Source: Eledone cirrhosa (lineage: Eukaryota). From it: DNA of 64,000 nt. The stretch is from positions 359,228,001 to 359,292,000 of the forward strand of contig OZ024742.1 of NCBI GenBank assembly GCA_964016885.1. Direction: 5' to 3'. The position numbers and the translations under genes are program-made. Of the stretch, positions 44,181-61,679 are shown piece after piece. Positions within the stretch are counted from its first letter, which is position 1. Each line of letters starts with the position of its first letter. A model generated the notes under the pieces. That model saw only the letters and a list, made by a program, of their open reading frames with translations. It ran no database searches and was not told the origin of the DNA.

Positions 44181-44377
44181 TAACGAAGGAAATGTGGTAA
44201 GGAACCAGATGGACCATAACGCACAAGAGTACTCAATACTTAGGGTAGTAGAGTGGGTAATAGGAAAAAGTATGACCCCGACGGCATAGCTCAAGCCGTT
44301 TCGTCGGCTTGATTTCTGGACGTCCAGAAATAGCCGTCGGAACGGCTTAAGCTCCTCCGTCGGGGTCATAGTTTTTC

Positions 44378-44408
<31 letters not shown>

Positions 44409-44409
44409 C

Positions 44410-44476
<67 letters not shown>

Positions 44477-44608
44477 AACCAGTAATACCCCGACAGCTGA
44501 GCTCAAGCCGTTTCGACGGCTAATTCTGGACTAAATGAACATTTATCCTCAAGTATTGAGTACTTTGGTGCGTTATGGTCCACCTGGTTCCTTACCACAT
44601 TTCCTTCG

Positions 44609-44610
<2 letters not shown>
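44181..44610. mobile_element. Rearranged fold-back cassette split by a TA array
   Basis: Palindrome at 44265-44380 centred on ctggacgtccag; 44181-44240 inverted against 44548-44610; carries the GAAAC-ggc..gct-GTC half of an HHR. Confidence 0.7.
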
Positions 44611-44642
<32 letters not shown>

Positions 44643-44684
44643 ACGAAACATAAGTCAATTGCATGAACTCATAATCCTATATTT

Positions 44685-44740
44685 ACTGCTATATATATTT
44701 CGATGATAGCCATTGAATGGCTATGACCTCATCAGGCAGT
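44685..44740 (-). ncRNA. Hammerhead ribozyme at the end of a PLE 3' remnant (44640-45130)
   Basis: actgc-CTGATGA-ggtcatagcca/tggctatcatc-GAAAT-atat-ATA-gcagt; upstream minus-strand YKPQLN resembles a GIY-YIG C-terminus. Confidence 0.8.
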
Positions 44741-45299
44741 TAGTCAGTTCTTAGATATGCCAGCTCTGTGTTTTTGGTGTTGATGGTTTCAGAGCCTTGG
44801 GACATATGAGCTTGTTAGGGATAATTTAATGTTGTCAGCAGGAATAATCTTGATTCTCATTGGTCAGTGTGTAGATGCTAGTAGGGTTGGTATTTGACCT
44901 CAAAGAGGCAGGTGGTGTTGTAAAATTCAAACGGTCGGGCAAGATGACAATAGTTCCATATGACTGATTTTCACAAAAATCATTCCTGGTCAGATATATA
45001 TTCAATTGAGGTTTATAGTATGAAATTCGATACTACAGGTCATTCTTCAATTGAGAAAATTATGTGGGGTGGTAAAACTGAAAATTATGGTTAGAGTCAA
45101 ATACTTAGAAAGTTTACAAATAAAAAGACGTATGTTGGTTGACTTGTACATACACTCACCCCCCCCCCCCCAGACACACACACACATCTACACACACAAA
45201 TCCATACAGGTGTGTATATATATATGTATGTACGCACAAGTGCATATATATATACAACAGAGGCCCCCAAAACCAAGTATATGGCTGACATAAATCGAG

Positions 45300-47152
45300 G
45301 TGGGTGTTATTTTTAAAGAAAAGAAAAGTAGGTGTTTGGAAAGGTTTTTGTTTAGACTAGAAAAAAGTAGAGTGTGATATATATCTTCACATAAATAGCT
45401 TGGGATCCCCGAAGCTTAGGCGAATCCCTTACTACATACATATATAGGTACACGCACCCACCCACACTTGTATACCTCTGGATGCGTGTGTATGTCTATA
45501 TACACATGTGCACTCATACAAGAGAGCATATACAAATATACTCTTAAACATACACTCGAACATTTTTCAAATGCAACCTGGGGTATTAGTATTTCGTTGC
45601 GTTCACATAAGTGTGTACATTCACGTAATCCCAGTATACACACACAACGCACGGCTGCGGAGACGCATTCATGCGTATAGGTTTAGTACCTTAGGATAAT
45701 TGTTCTTCCTGTGTGGGCCATTCCCGGGGGGGTCCTCAGGTTCAATAAACGTGGTTTTGCTGACTCCTAACCAGTAGAGGATCCGGTGGACAATCCACCG
45801 TAGGGACCACAAAATATGGGTGGATGTCGTTGCCCATTTGTCATTGGTACGGGGTGTAGGGGACCTACAGGAGGAGAGGGCGTTGTGGGAGACCATAACT
45901 GGGGTTTATCCATATAGCTTGAGGAAAGTTCCCGTCCTTAGGTGTCTGCAGGCGTCGAATAAGACGGCCCTTCTGTTTAATAGCTTGGTTCCGCCATGAA
46001 GTATTCAAAATACCAGACCCACCCCTGACTGGGGGAACCTTTCTAACCAAGTACCAGACTAGAGGGTGCGAGGTATTTTCAAGTTTGAGCTTCCAGATCA
46101 ATTTAGAAAGGGCCGTACATTTCCTCTTTTCTATTCTGTTAAAGGAATGGCGATGGTTATACCACCTACTTTTGAAGTTCGTCGCCGTGGAACCTATGTA
46201 ATGTGCTCCGAGTTAGAGGTTGTGACCTAGCACCTGTAGACTACGTTTGTCGTCATGCATTCATTACTAAGGGGGCATAGTAATGGGTCTCCTCAATTGC
46301 ATGACTTCTTAAGCCCCTGCACATGCACCGCGTGGTTACCGTCATGCGGGGTTGGCTGGGTAGCCGCCGCAATCAGCACAGGGTTATTGGGTGCCGCTGT
46401 GCTAGTTTGGCCTGTCCGGGGTCTGGTGCGTCCCGCGTGCTGGTTCCGTTGGGTGACTCCGGGGTTTACGGTGGTATTACAGGCATTGAGCCTATACCTA
46501 TTTATGCCGGCTATGTGCTGGGCTGCGGAGCGTGTGGTTGAGTAGGAAAGTTTGACCGTGTGCCTGTTGAATATTTTATGGTACCTGTGGGCTCTAGGGA
46601 AACATTTATCCAATACTCTAAAGAATGTTTTAGCCAGGCTGGTACGTAGACCACCGAGTATGGGGGGTTATACACTGTGACCTTCCTGGTCCTATTCTTG
46701 CTGGGGTTTTGGGTGTCCGCCATGGTCCATCACGGGGATGTGCACAGCTCAGGTCGAGCTCGGTTGATGTCACTCAGGTGTGCAGAGCGGTCACTATCAA
46801 GAGGGTTATATTGGCCCACCGTGGCGCTATAAACCTGCGCGGTACGGCCTCCCTGCTCAATGAGGGTTCGGCGGGTGGTGGCGACACTGCAGGGGTGCCT
46901 ATGCTCCGCACCACGGTGGTCTTCAGCGTTGTAGGTATTAAAACGGTGGGGTATGCGGGACCTTCTACCGGGTGTGGTGACGGATAGGGGCCTGGGAGTG
47001 TTACTACTGCTCACCGAGGTATTAGGTGGACGACTCATGCTCCTGAGTGTATTGGCCCAGGGCACCCTTGGCTCATCTCGATCATGCCCCTTAGTGTTAT
47101 AGCTGATCCTATGGCTGTTGGACGCGTTAGCTAGCGCTGAGTTATAATAATC
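45300..47152 (-). mobile_element. 5'-truncated Naiad-type PLE (thumb, linker, GIY-YIG), decayed
   Basis: [82 protein letters not shown]. Confidence 0.85.
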
Positions 47153-47159
47153 AATACAC

Positions 47160-47710
<551 letters not shown>

Positions 47711-47801
47711 TATGGTATAAAGCTATGCTTGACACCAAATCCTATTTCTTTTTTATATATATATAAATATAAATATATATATATATAAATATATATATAT
47801 A

Positions 47802-48045
<244 letters not shown>

Positions 48046-48052
48046 GTATATA

Positions 48053-48101
<49 letters not shown>

Positions 48102-48184
48102 TTATATATACATACACATATATATACATACACACACACACATATATATATATATAAGTATATATATATATATATACGTATAGA

Positions 48185-48410
48185 AGTAAATACAGGAGAA
48201 CAGAACGTTAAAACATGTTTATTTAAAATAGAACCTACGTACGTTTCGCCCGAATGGGTTTCTCAAGGGGATAAATAACTAAAAGGCGTTCCTTACATGA
48301 CCCGGAATCGATTTTTAGGGATTTGTTCACGTCAGAGTTCATTCTTCGTAAAAAAAATGTTTTGATTTTGCAGTAGGTCAAGGGAGATAACTCTGGCCGG
48401 TGTTAGGGCG
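48185..48410 (-). mobile_element. Solo pLTR related to the 3' end of the PLE at 52965-56390
   Basis: Colinear with 52965-53197; variant HHR at 48231-48271. Confidence 0.75.
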
Positions 48411-48419
48411 CTCTCTCTA

Positions 48420-48450
<31 letters not shown>

Positions 48451-48509
48451 GATATATATTTATCCTTATCGAGCCCTCTTTGGATTTTAGTCTTCAAATT
48501 TATTATTAT

Positions 48510-48579
<70 letters not shown>

Positions 48580-48586
<7 letters not shown>

Positions 48587-49550
48587 GTTTACATATACAT
48601 AAACTAGACAGAGCCATATATATATATTTATATATGTGTTTTTGGCAACTATTCACGGTTTGGCTCAATGACTAATTAATTAATTAATTAATCAACAATC
48701 AGAGCAATATATAAGAAAGTAAGTCCATAGAATCATTTGATAAAATATATACAGTATTTCTCCTCACAATCAGCATAATCAACCACATAAAAAAATCAAT
48801 TAAATGAGGCTATAAGTTTAGAATGTACCTATGAAGAAACAATAGATAAATAAATGATAGCTATTTTATCCGCGATCCACAGCCACAGAAGATTTACCTA
48901 GTATTTCTAATAGCCCGTAGAAATTGACGAGACATATAATTAACCATACACAATTAGGTACAAAATCAAAGTTAGAAGAAAAAATGTACATAAACATACC
49001 AAAATCATGTTTCTACACACTGAGGTTTCATTCGCTTTTTGGAAATATCCGATCATGGATAAATCAACGAGTTTCGAAATCATCAGGAAACAAACTCAAT
49101 TTGACAAAGATTTTTCTTAAATGATCCCCGCCAAAAACGAATTCAAAATGGCTAAGAATTGTCACATGGCCAGTGGTCAAGTCAGAAAGCTTGTGATTGG
49201 TGCCTGACGGTGAGTAGGCTGGTTGCTAGAAAGCGCAGCAGATACTGCCTACAGTTTTACTCAACGTTACCGGAGTATATAAAATATAGAGGTTTACATA
49301 TACATAAACTGGACAGAGCCATAGATAGATATATATGTGTTTTTGGCAACCATTCACGGTGTGGCTCAATGACGAATTAATGAATTAAATAATCAATAGT
49401 CAGAGCAATATATAAGAAAGTAAGTCCATAGAATCATAGGCACATTTTAAACTTATAGCCTCGTTTAATTGATTTTTTATGTGGTTGATTATGCTGATTG
49501 GGAGAAGAAATACTGTATATATTTTATCAAATGATTCTATGGACTTACTT

Positions 49551-49555
<5 letters not shown>
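48580..49555. mobile_element. TA-flanked element with direct (48580-48735 vs 49285-49437) and inverted (48712-48820 vs 49450-49555) terminal duplications
   Basis: Direct observation; the arrangement is typical of PLE insertions. Confidence 0.6.
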
Positions 49556-49601
<46 letters not shown>

Positions 49602-49804
49602 TATATACATGTGGAAGCTTAGTAAAATCGAAGCTTTGGCTGTGGCCAAGCAAAGTCGACCTACAATAAGGAATGAGTAGCAAAGCACTCAATAAGGGTA
49701 GGTCCTGAGAGTAAGAACATACGTTTAAATAACTTGACAAATTGAAAATTGCGGTAGGCGAAACCCAACCATTCGATACCAAAACAACGAAAGATCTCAT
49801 CAGG

Positions 49805-49863
<59 letters not shown>

Positions 49864-49897
49864 TTACATGAAACAAAGTTCTGTTTAAATTATTTAT

Positions 49898-49946
49898 CTG
49901 CCTACAATTGTTTCTTCCAAACCGAGGTTTGGAATCTTCGGAGCAA
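49898..49946 (-). ncRNA. HHR with a mutated core (CCGAAGA)
   Basis: ttgct-CCGAAGA-ttccaaacc/ggtttggaa-GAAAC-aatt-GTA-ggcag. Confidence 0.65.
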
Positions 49947-50318
49947 TTATTCAGTGATTTTTAACATACTTGACCTCCTTTTCAACACAAGAGACATATA
50001 GAAACATATGTATACATTGACCCACAGTGGGTTGACATCCATTATAATAATATAGCATGGTAATTTACATACAAAGATTACAGTCATATTAAAGGACAAA
50101 ATTCAAATTAAAATAAAACATTGGCAGTCTCCTAAGATAAAGCAAAAGGAAAGTTTGGAGCAGCCAGTGTATGCAACAGTCACACGTGTGGCATGCGCGC
50201 GTGTCTTATTCATACAAGATTATAGTGCTGCAGATTGTTACAAGTAAAACAAGCAGTCAAATATATATATAACTATAAAAGGTTTTAGTATATACATAAC
50301 CATAAATAGTATCCTTAA

Positions 50319-50471
<153 letters not shown>

Positions 50472-50654
50472 CTGTTATACTTTGGTACCAGGCACCTATA
50501 ATATGCGAAAAACAATTTATAGAAAAAAGGTAAGAATCGAAGCAGCACGGAAGTATATGTAAAGAATTCTTTTTTCTTCTTCTTTAATCCGACAAACTGT
50601 TACGTTTGAAAAAAGTAGAAAACATTCTTTGAAAATGAAATGTTTTATAAAATA

Positions 50655-50880
50655 CATAAAATATTGCAGGTTTTGATGTAATTCATCTTATCATATATCA
50701 AATATTAAAATTAAAATTGAAAAATAAAAGTTTAAAGGCTGAAGAAAGCCTATTCATAATTTATGTTGTGAGACGAAATATGAGCTGACCTTCAGTCTTA
50801 AAATTTTTATTTTTCAATTTTAATTTTAATATTTAATATTTGATTAGATGAATTACATCAAAACCTGCAATATTTTATAT
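50655..50880. repeat. AT-rich fold-back with roughly 85 bp arms
   Basis: aaaatattgcaggttttgatgtaattcatct... and its reverse complement. Confidence 0.85.
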
Positions 50881-52131
50881 CTTATGTGAACCCTTTTTTT
50901 TAAATTGTTTTCTCCTTTCTTCAAAAATAATTCTATGATAAACAAATTATCGTAGAATTACTGAAGATGAATATAGTTGTGGATAAATTCTAAACTAAAT
51001 ATATTCAAAATATATATTTTCTAAATCACATCACTCTATATTCATTGGCTATCCATATCTGATTTAAGGCCACAATTGTGAGTAGTGTTTATTTACTATC
51101 CGTGGTACCTGATTCAATTCTAGCCGAATGTTAATCACTGATTTGTAATGTTAATCACTATGCCAGTTTTCTACTTAACATTTCCGATATAAAAATATAT
51201 CCCGTTACCAAGGATACCATATTACTTTGTAATATGCGTTTTGAAGGTGTCATTTCAATGAAGATATACGTTATTTGATTAGGATGTATTATGGAATAAA
51301 TGAGCTGTTGATGGGATATTCGCCAACAAGAAGATATATGTGCTCATTGTTAGATTTAGACCTTGAGGGGCCGAGCGAGGCACTTCAGGTTTGGGGAGAG
51401 CCCTTATACACAAAACAATTAGAATACACAGCAAACCCTCAACTTTTATATATCAAAGTTAGCTTGATGCAAGTAATTGAAATTGTAAAGTTATACATAC
51501 AGGTATTAATTTCAAAAATTCTAACCACCCTAAAATTAAAACGCCCAGCTGAGGGCCCAAATAAATTGCTACGGTCATTGATGGTAGCTCCCTCACTGCA
51601 GTGGGCCCGGGGCAATTACCTACTGTGTCCTCTATTAAATCTGGGCTTGTATTCGATAGGTAATTGCTACCATGGCAACACGAACATCTGTCCAAGAATG
51701 TTTGCTTTATATAGTATCAGGTGTTGTAAATAAACTAGAAGTATAGTCGGCTGAGCAATTCCGACTTTACACCTGTATTGTTCTTATTGATATATGAAGT
51801 TGCTATCTAGAATCTTCAAATCTTCCATACATATTGTATTCTATATGTTCCATAATTCTTCAAAACAAACTAAAATATTCACACTTTCAAACACGCACAA
51901 ACACAGATATATCAAACACTTACATACATACACACATGCATCAAAAACTACATACACACATATATCAAACACTTAATACATACACACACATATATCCATT
52001 CTTCGAATATATTTTTTATATTGTGGTGTACCATTTAAAATCCCACTCATAGTTTTTTCCAGAATGTTTAATTCAATAATTTTAATAATCATGTTTCCCT
52101 ACATACACACAAACACATTTCTTTCAATAGT

Positions 52132-52168
<37 letters not shown>

Positions 52169-52186
52169 GTATTATATATATATATT

Positions 52187-52250
<64 letters not shown>

Positions 52251-52616
52251 TCTCTCTCTCTCTATATATATATATATAAATATATCGCTCTTACGCGAAT
52301 ACGCATATTTAATAGATTTTTTAAAAAATGTAATCACATGAATATTTAATTCAGTAATTTTAATAAAATGCCCACTGTTTCTCCACGCAAGCACAATTTT
52401 ACAAAAGAAAACAAGATTTATTATAGTTGTTTTTCACTCAATATTCTCACAGCCCTACACTTTTATCATAACTTTATTATCTTTTAAGATCCTTTTCATA
52501 ACAGCATATCTACCGAATGAGAAATAATGATTTATATTTTACATTATTAGTGTTATGTTTTTTTCCGTTGGCACACAATCAATAAAAGTTCTATGTCTTA
52601 AGCGTGCACTTCAATT

Positions 52617-52706
<90 letters not shown>

Positions 52707-52915
52707 TTAGAAAGTGAGGGTTTTTTTACAAAATGAAAAATAACCGAGGTGTCCTACACGAGTGAAAGTATAAAGGAAAAAGATGAAATCGAAAATGCAA
52801 CTGGAGTCTTATTTTAAAAAAATATATATATATTTATTTGGTTCCGTTACCGGTTTCGCAGTTCTTCTGCTTTTCAAAAGTAGAGTTGAGATGGAGGATC
52901 TGTGGTTTTTCTCAC
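52707..52915 (-). mobile_element. Solo 3' end of the Neptune-like PLE family
   Basis: Matches 43970-44166 and 1672-1873. Confidence 0.8.
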
Positions 52916-52964
52916 ATCTGTATATGTATATATAGTAATTTCCACGTATATATATATACGTGGA

Positions 52965-56511
<3,547 letters not shown>

Positions 56512-56967
56512 TTATTTATTTATATATATGTGTGTGTGTGTCTGTCTGTGTGTATGTGAGTGTGTATGTAATGTATTTATGTACATCTATATACATGTAT
56601 TAGCGTAGGTGATACGAAGCCGGTACAATGCGGTAGCATTATATTAACGGCAAAGTATGACAAATAATACAAAACAAAGTAATGTTTTACCCAGTATGAT
56701 ATTTCGGTGCTAACCCTTCTTTTCAAATGTGAAAGGGAAACGATTGAAACAAAAATAAATGATCGATGTATTTCATCCTAACAGGCCTACGTGTCTGAAA
56801 TCCACATACGGGGAGCAGTTATTGCAGCCAATCAGCTTTGTGCATTTCCAATCTAATATTTCTTTGTGGCATTTTTTTGTTGATGATAATGGCCTCTTTC
56901 ATTCTTAAAACGTAAACACAGACAAGGATACACGCGTTGTTGCATACATACGCAAACGTACATATAT

Positions 56968-56999
<32 letters not shown>

Positions 57000-57007
<8 letters not shown>

Positions 57008-59234
57008 GGAAGATGGCCGTCGTTTGGTGTTCCGAACTTGCATGCTACACCGTTCATCCAATTTTCATGAAACCTCACACATATATAAATCTCAACGCGT
57101 AGAGTGGAATAGGCTACTTGAAATTTTCGAAAAATCGATAACCGGGCCCTATGACAGAATGTTTTTCGATTCCAATGAAATTTTATGTGAATTCGAACAC
57201 AAGAACTCTTAGTTTACATCTGGCGCAATAAAAATATATTTCATATGCCCATATAAGGACGTGCGTTATTGATTGGACGGCCAGCTGCATGTCTTCCCAG
57301 CTGTCTCAGTAAACGACCGACCATTAAAGAGTTTATCTTTTCATATTCCACCTTATTCAAGTGGAAATACAGTATTATCCCTATCTGAAAAGGGAACCAA
57401 ATTTAATGGTGTCTTTTGTGATGTTAAAAGCTGTGAGTAAATTTTCAAACAGTCTTAAATAATCATGCTTTTTGAAAAAAAAATTTACTAAATAATACGT
57501 TGACCAAGTTGTATTGTACACATACAAAGTTGTAAAAAATTACTTAATTTATAATACAGTCTTTTGCACAGGAAGTGAGTAACTTTTCGGGTGTTTAACG
57601 TAAGAGATTCAATGTACTTTAGAACATTTTTTTTATATATTGTTCTTTTTGGCATATGTCAGAAATATAGCTACTATACACTTTGGTTATTTTTTGTAAC
57701 TAAAAAACGGTTCCTTTTGGAGAAAAATCCTAGGGTTTTGGACAAGTTTGTTTCAGGCGCTGTATAGACGCCTATTTTGTCACACCTTGGTCATGAATTC
57801 GTATTCTTTTCCAATAGATATTTTCCGCTCTATAAGGCTCACCAGGATATAAGGCGTATCATTTAAAATCAGGTCCGCGCAACGGCGTGTAAGGCCAACC
57901 AGGAAAATGCTATCTTCTTTACTTTTAGTCTAGATCTATTACTTCTGTTAGAGCCGTGATTGATTACCATTGTATTATTTATACATAAGGCTCACCGGAG
58001 TATAAAGCGCAGAGCTGTAGTTTGATTAAATTTAATTATTTTAAGTGCAATTTATAGACCGGAAAATTCGGTAAGTTATTGTAATCATATTTCCAAAGCT
58101 TCCCATTCACCAGTAACCATGCTAACGAATCTGGTGTCATCTCTCTCTGTATTTAATCACCTCTCTCTAAGCTAACAGCTTCGTTACACGTCGTTATGCC
58201 CATACGGAAACGTTCAAGACTTACCTCCAAAAAAGGTACAGCTATTGCTTTGAGACAACGAATTAGGCGTTCTCAGGTATGAGTTCATTCACAATTGATT
58301 AATCCTTTATGCAATATTCTCCCTTAATGTTAGCAAGTACTGCGTTTATCCTAACTGTCACCACTTTTAAGCAACTACAACATTCTAATCGTAGTTATAT
58401 TACATTTATTGTCTTACCTTGATTCCCTTTTGTTCATGTTAGACTTTTCTCATTTACTATTGACACTGCCATTGGCTTAGCTAACCAGTAGAATTAATTA
58501 ATTTTCTCTAGGAAACACCTGCTGAGCGCCAATCTCAACTTGCTGATAGACGTCTTTCCCGGTTGGTTGAGTCACCAACATCACGTACGACAAGGCTTGC
58601 TGATGTTCGCCTTCGTCGCCAACAAGCGCTGACGGAGGAATCACCAACATCCCGTCAGACGAGGCTTGAGGCTGTGGCAAAGGGCAATAACCCTAGATAC
58701 AATTTTGATCAACTTTTTTTCACCTATAGCAAATTTACCGGGACAGGTTTTTAGCTACTCAAATCTACTTCAGAGATCACGCATTGATGTAAAAAATCAA
58801 TAAAACTGAAGCGGGGCTCGACTTTGCACAAAAAAAACAAGGCAAAGTTACACATGGGAAAACATTTTACACGAATGTCCTTTATTTTTGAAAACTGTCA
58901 CAAAAGACTCGCCATTATGCCGCGGTTAAGATAAAGCCCCTTTTAATTCTTCTTCTGCACATGTGAGCGCAAAAATTGTAAAAAAAATAAACCCTGAAAG
59001 TAATCGACATTTTCACCCTGCTTTAAATTAACTGAACATTCAATATCAATCGATTTTGACTTCCGTCAGTCGTGCAGAGAACAATTTCAACGATACACTG
59101 TGTAACTACAATTAATAAATTACACACCTGTGAAGTTCGAAGTTTTGAACCTGTGATGCGCGGGAAGTAACTTTCACACATTCTAACAGACCAAAGGTCG
59201 ACTTACACCCGGGCAACGCCGGGTACTTCTGCTA

Positions 59235-59235
<1 letters not shown>
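57000..59235 (+). mobile_element. Non-autonomous Helitron, copy 2 (lacks about 185 bp present in copy 1; 5' end merged with a TA array)
   Basis: Near identity to 24117-26585; same 3' hairpin and CTAG. Confidence 0.9.
58196..58754 (+). CDS. Putative two-exon 107-aa Helitron-derived mini-ORF (exons 58196-58276 and 58512-58754)
   Basis: ATG, phase-0 GT-AG intron, MPIRKRSRL...RRSQ|ETPAERQSQLADRR...ESPTSRTTRL...ESPTSRQTRLE; resembles the N-terminal repeats of animal RepHel proteins. Confidence 0.5.
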
Positions 59236-59299
<64 letters not shown>

Positions 59300-59309
59300 T
59301 AGATAGATA

Positions 59310-59690
59310 TATTTCTTTATTAGCCACAGGGGCACAAAAGAAGGGGACAAATACAAAGGGGGAAGTTTACATACAATAAAAACGTGTAAAATGTTCTCAC
59401 AGATGGAATTTAAAAGTTAGTCGATTTTCCCCAATAGAGGGAGACAGTTTATATGGGTAACACAGACGCCCGAAAAAAATGTGCAACCCTCATCTCCAGG
59501 AGTACGAAGAGCTTGTACTCCTTTCCTCTCCTCCTCCTTTTCCTCAACCTACAGGCTGATATAGAGAGAAGGCCCATTCACTCGGGCCATTCTCGCCACT
59601 TTCACCCACCTTTCATAAAACTTGCTGGGGTACAGCACCTCTCTCTCCATCCTGATTCTTCTTCCAAAGTGGTATTTGAAAAAAAGAATC
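59310..59690 (-). mobile_element. 3' fragment of the Tx1-like LINE family, flanked by (GATA)n on both sides
   Basis: Similar to 12950-13310 (IRMEREVL...F.ERWVKVARM). Confidence 0.85.
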
Positions 59691-59696
59691 AGAGAG

Positions 59697-59765
<69 letters not shown>

Positions 59766-59797
59766 TTCACGGGTATGTATGATTGTGTATAGAAGAT

Positions 59798-60197
59798 TAT
59801 ATTAATAAGAGGAATTCCAACTTTGTCTGATTTACTCGTTTTATTTACAATCCTTTATAATTTATAATGGAATTATAATGAAATAGTATGATAGAATATT
59901 AAATTCTAAATGTTAATTGAACAAGTACTTTCATGCTTTCGCAATCTTCAGGTTCATAATATGTGGTGACAGTCAAGTTTGCAATTTTCAAACATACCAC
60001 AGTTGAAAATTGCAAACTTGACTGTCACCACATATTATGAACCTGAAGATTGCGAAAGCATGAAAGTACTTGTTCAATTAACATTTAGAATGTAATATGC
60101 AATCATACTATTTCATTATAATACCATTATAAATTTTAAAGGATTGTAAATAAAACGAGTAAATCAGACAAAGTTGGAATTCCTCTTATTAATATAT
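59798..60197. mobile_element. Near-perfect palindrome of about 400 bp with identical HHRs on both strands
   Basis: Arms of about 193 bp, spacer of about 11 nt; tgaac-CTGAAGA-ttgc-gaaa-gcat-GAAAG-ta-CTT-gttca at 60038-60076 (+) and 59918-59956 (-). Confidence 0.9.
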
Positions 60198-60381
60198 ATA
60201 TATATATAATATGGAAAGGCTTCTACAGCACTAGAACTGTCTCATTCGGCAGAAATTATCATGACGATACTGAATGAAACAGTCCTAGTCCTGTAGAAGC
60301 CTTTGTATATAAATATTTATACTCTGCTTTGTATTGAGTACCTTACTTACTGTGGTTACCCCCGATTGAACCCGGGATAAA

Positions 60382-60445
<64 letters not shown>

Positions 60446-60935
60446 CACTTCCGAGTTGTACTTGTCTAGCACGTGACTTGCAGATAGAGCAACCAAAACT
60501 TTGACACCAAAACATATTAGGTACAGATGCGAAGTGGAATTAACAAATTCTCTGAATTTGAATGGTTAAAATGTATGTTCGGTTTTTATCGATACTAAAC
60601 CTCAAACACTCTCATAAATACATAACTCCAATGTGTCTTTTGCTCATATGCACTGCATAGACACTGGACACTTCTACGTAGTTTGTCGTGAACTGGTAAC
60701 AAGACAAGGTTGTATTTTGTGTGCTTGGGATCACCCTGAAAATGAAGCCCTGAATCGGACACCGTCAACACATCATGTGTTTGTATTTTAAGTGAAAAAG
60801 TGAGAATGCGACATAAAATTGTTGTTAGGGAATGTATATTTGGATCACGAAAGTTTTCGATTCAAGTTGCACTTCGAGGCAAGTCAACATCAACCTCTGT
60901 TATAGGACTATGCTCACACATACACGCGCGCACAG

Positions 60936-60978
<43 letters not shown>

Positions 60979-61679
60979 CATACACACACATACACACACA
61001 CACACTCATATACACACTCACATATATATATACATATGCATGCATATGTATATATATATATATATATAGTATGTAGATAAATCTACCAAAATATACGGTA
61101 GTGTCCAATCCATATGAAGAACTTAATGTAATCCAAATATCATGAAAAGAGAAGAAGCATTCAAAAAGTTTCGATGAAAATCATAGGAAAACAGAGTCAA
61201 GATAAATTAATAAAAACAATGAATAATAACAAAGAACAAGTTCCTTATATTAAAAAATTCATCATTTTACGATCGTTTCTAGGATATATATGTGTGTTGG
61301 TATGTATATCATATAGATCTATGTAAAAATATTACAAACTATCAGAGGAAATATACATACCTTCACATATATATGCTGTCTTCAGAGATGATGAGATTTG
61401 TTTATTGAAAAAAACCAACAAAGATTTAATAAAATAGGTCTGTTTGGGAACAGGTTTTGAATTGACCAATAGAAAAGTAGTAAGAGGTCAAGTTGATAGA
61501 ATAGTAGTAGTAGAAATTTAATTTAGGGGTAGAGGAGTGCAGACTTATGTTTTGAATTGAAAGAATACTTTGAATGAAAAGAATACTTTGGGGATGAAAA
61601 GAGCTCAAGCCGGTGAAGGATAGACGAAAATTTGATGTTATTAAAGAATAATGTTAAAAACGAAGGAAAGTAACATTTT

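Noticed and set aside
49203-49250. HHR-like CTGACGG...GAAAG; similar weak motifs at 45720-45745, 49770-49805 and 50739-50795
   Set aside because: Core mutations plus missing stem pairing; too degenerate to call
51275-51733. 152-aa ORF
   Set aside because: Non-ATG start and no motifs; overlaps a probable decayed DNA-transposon-like GC-ended segment
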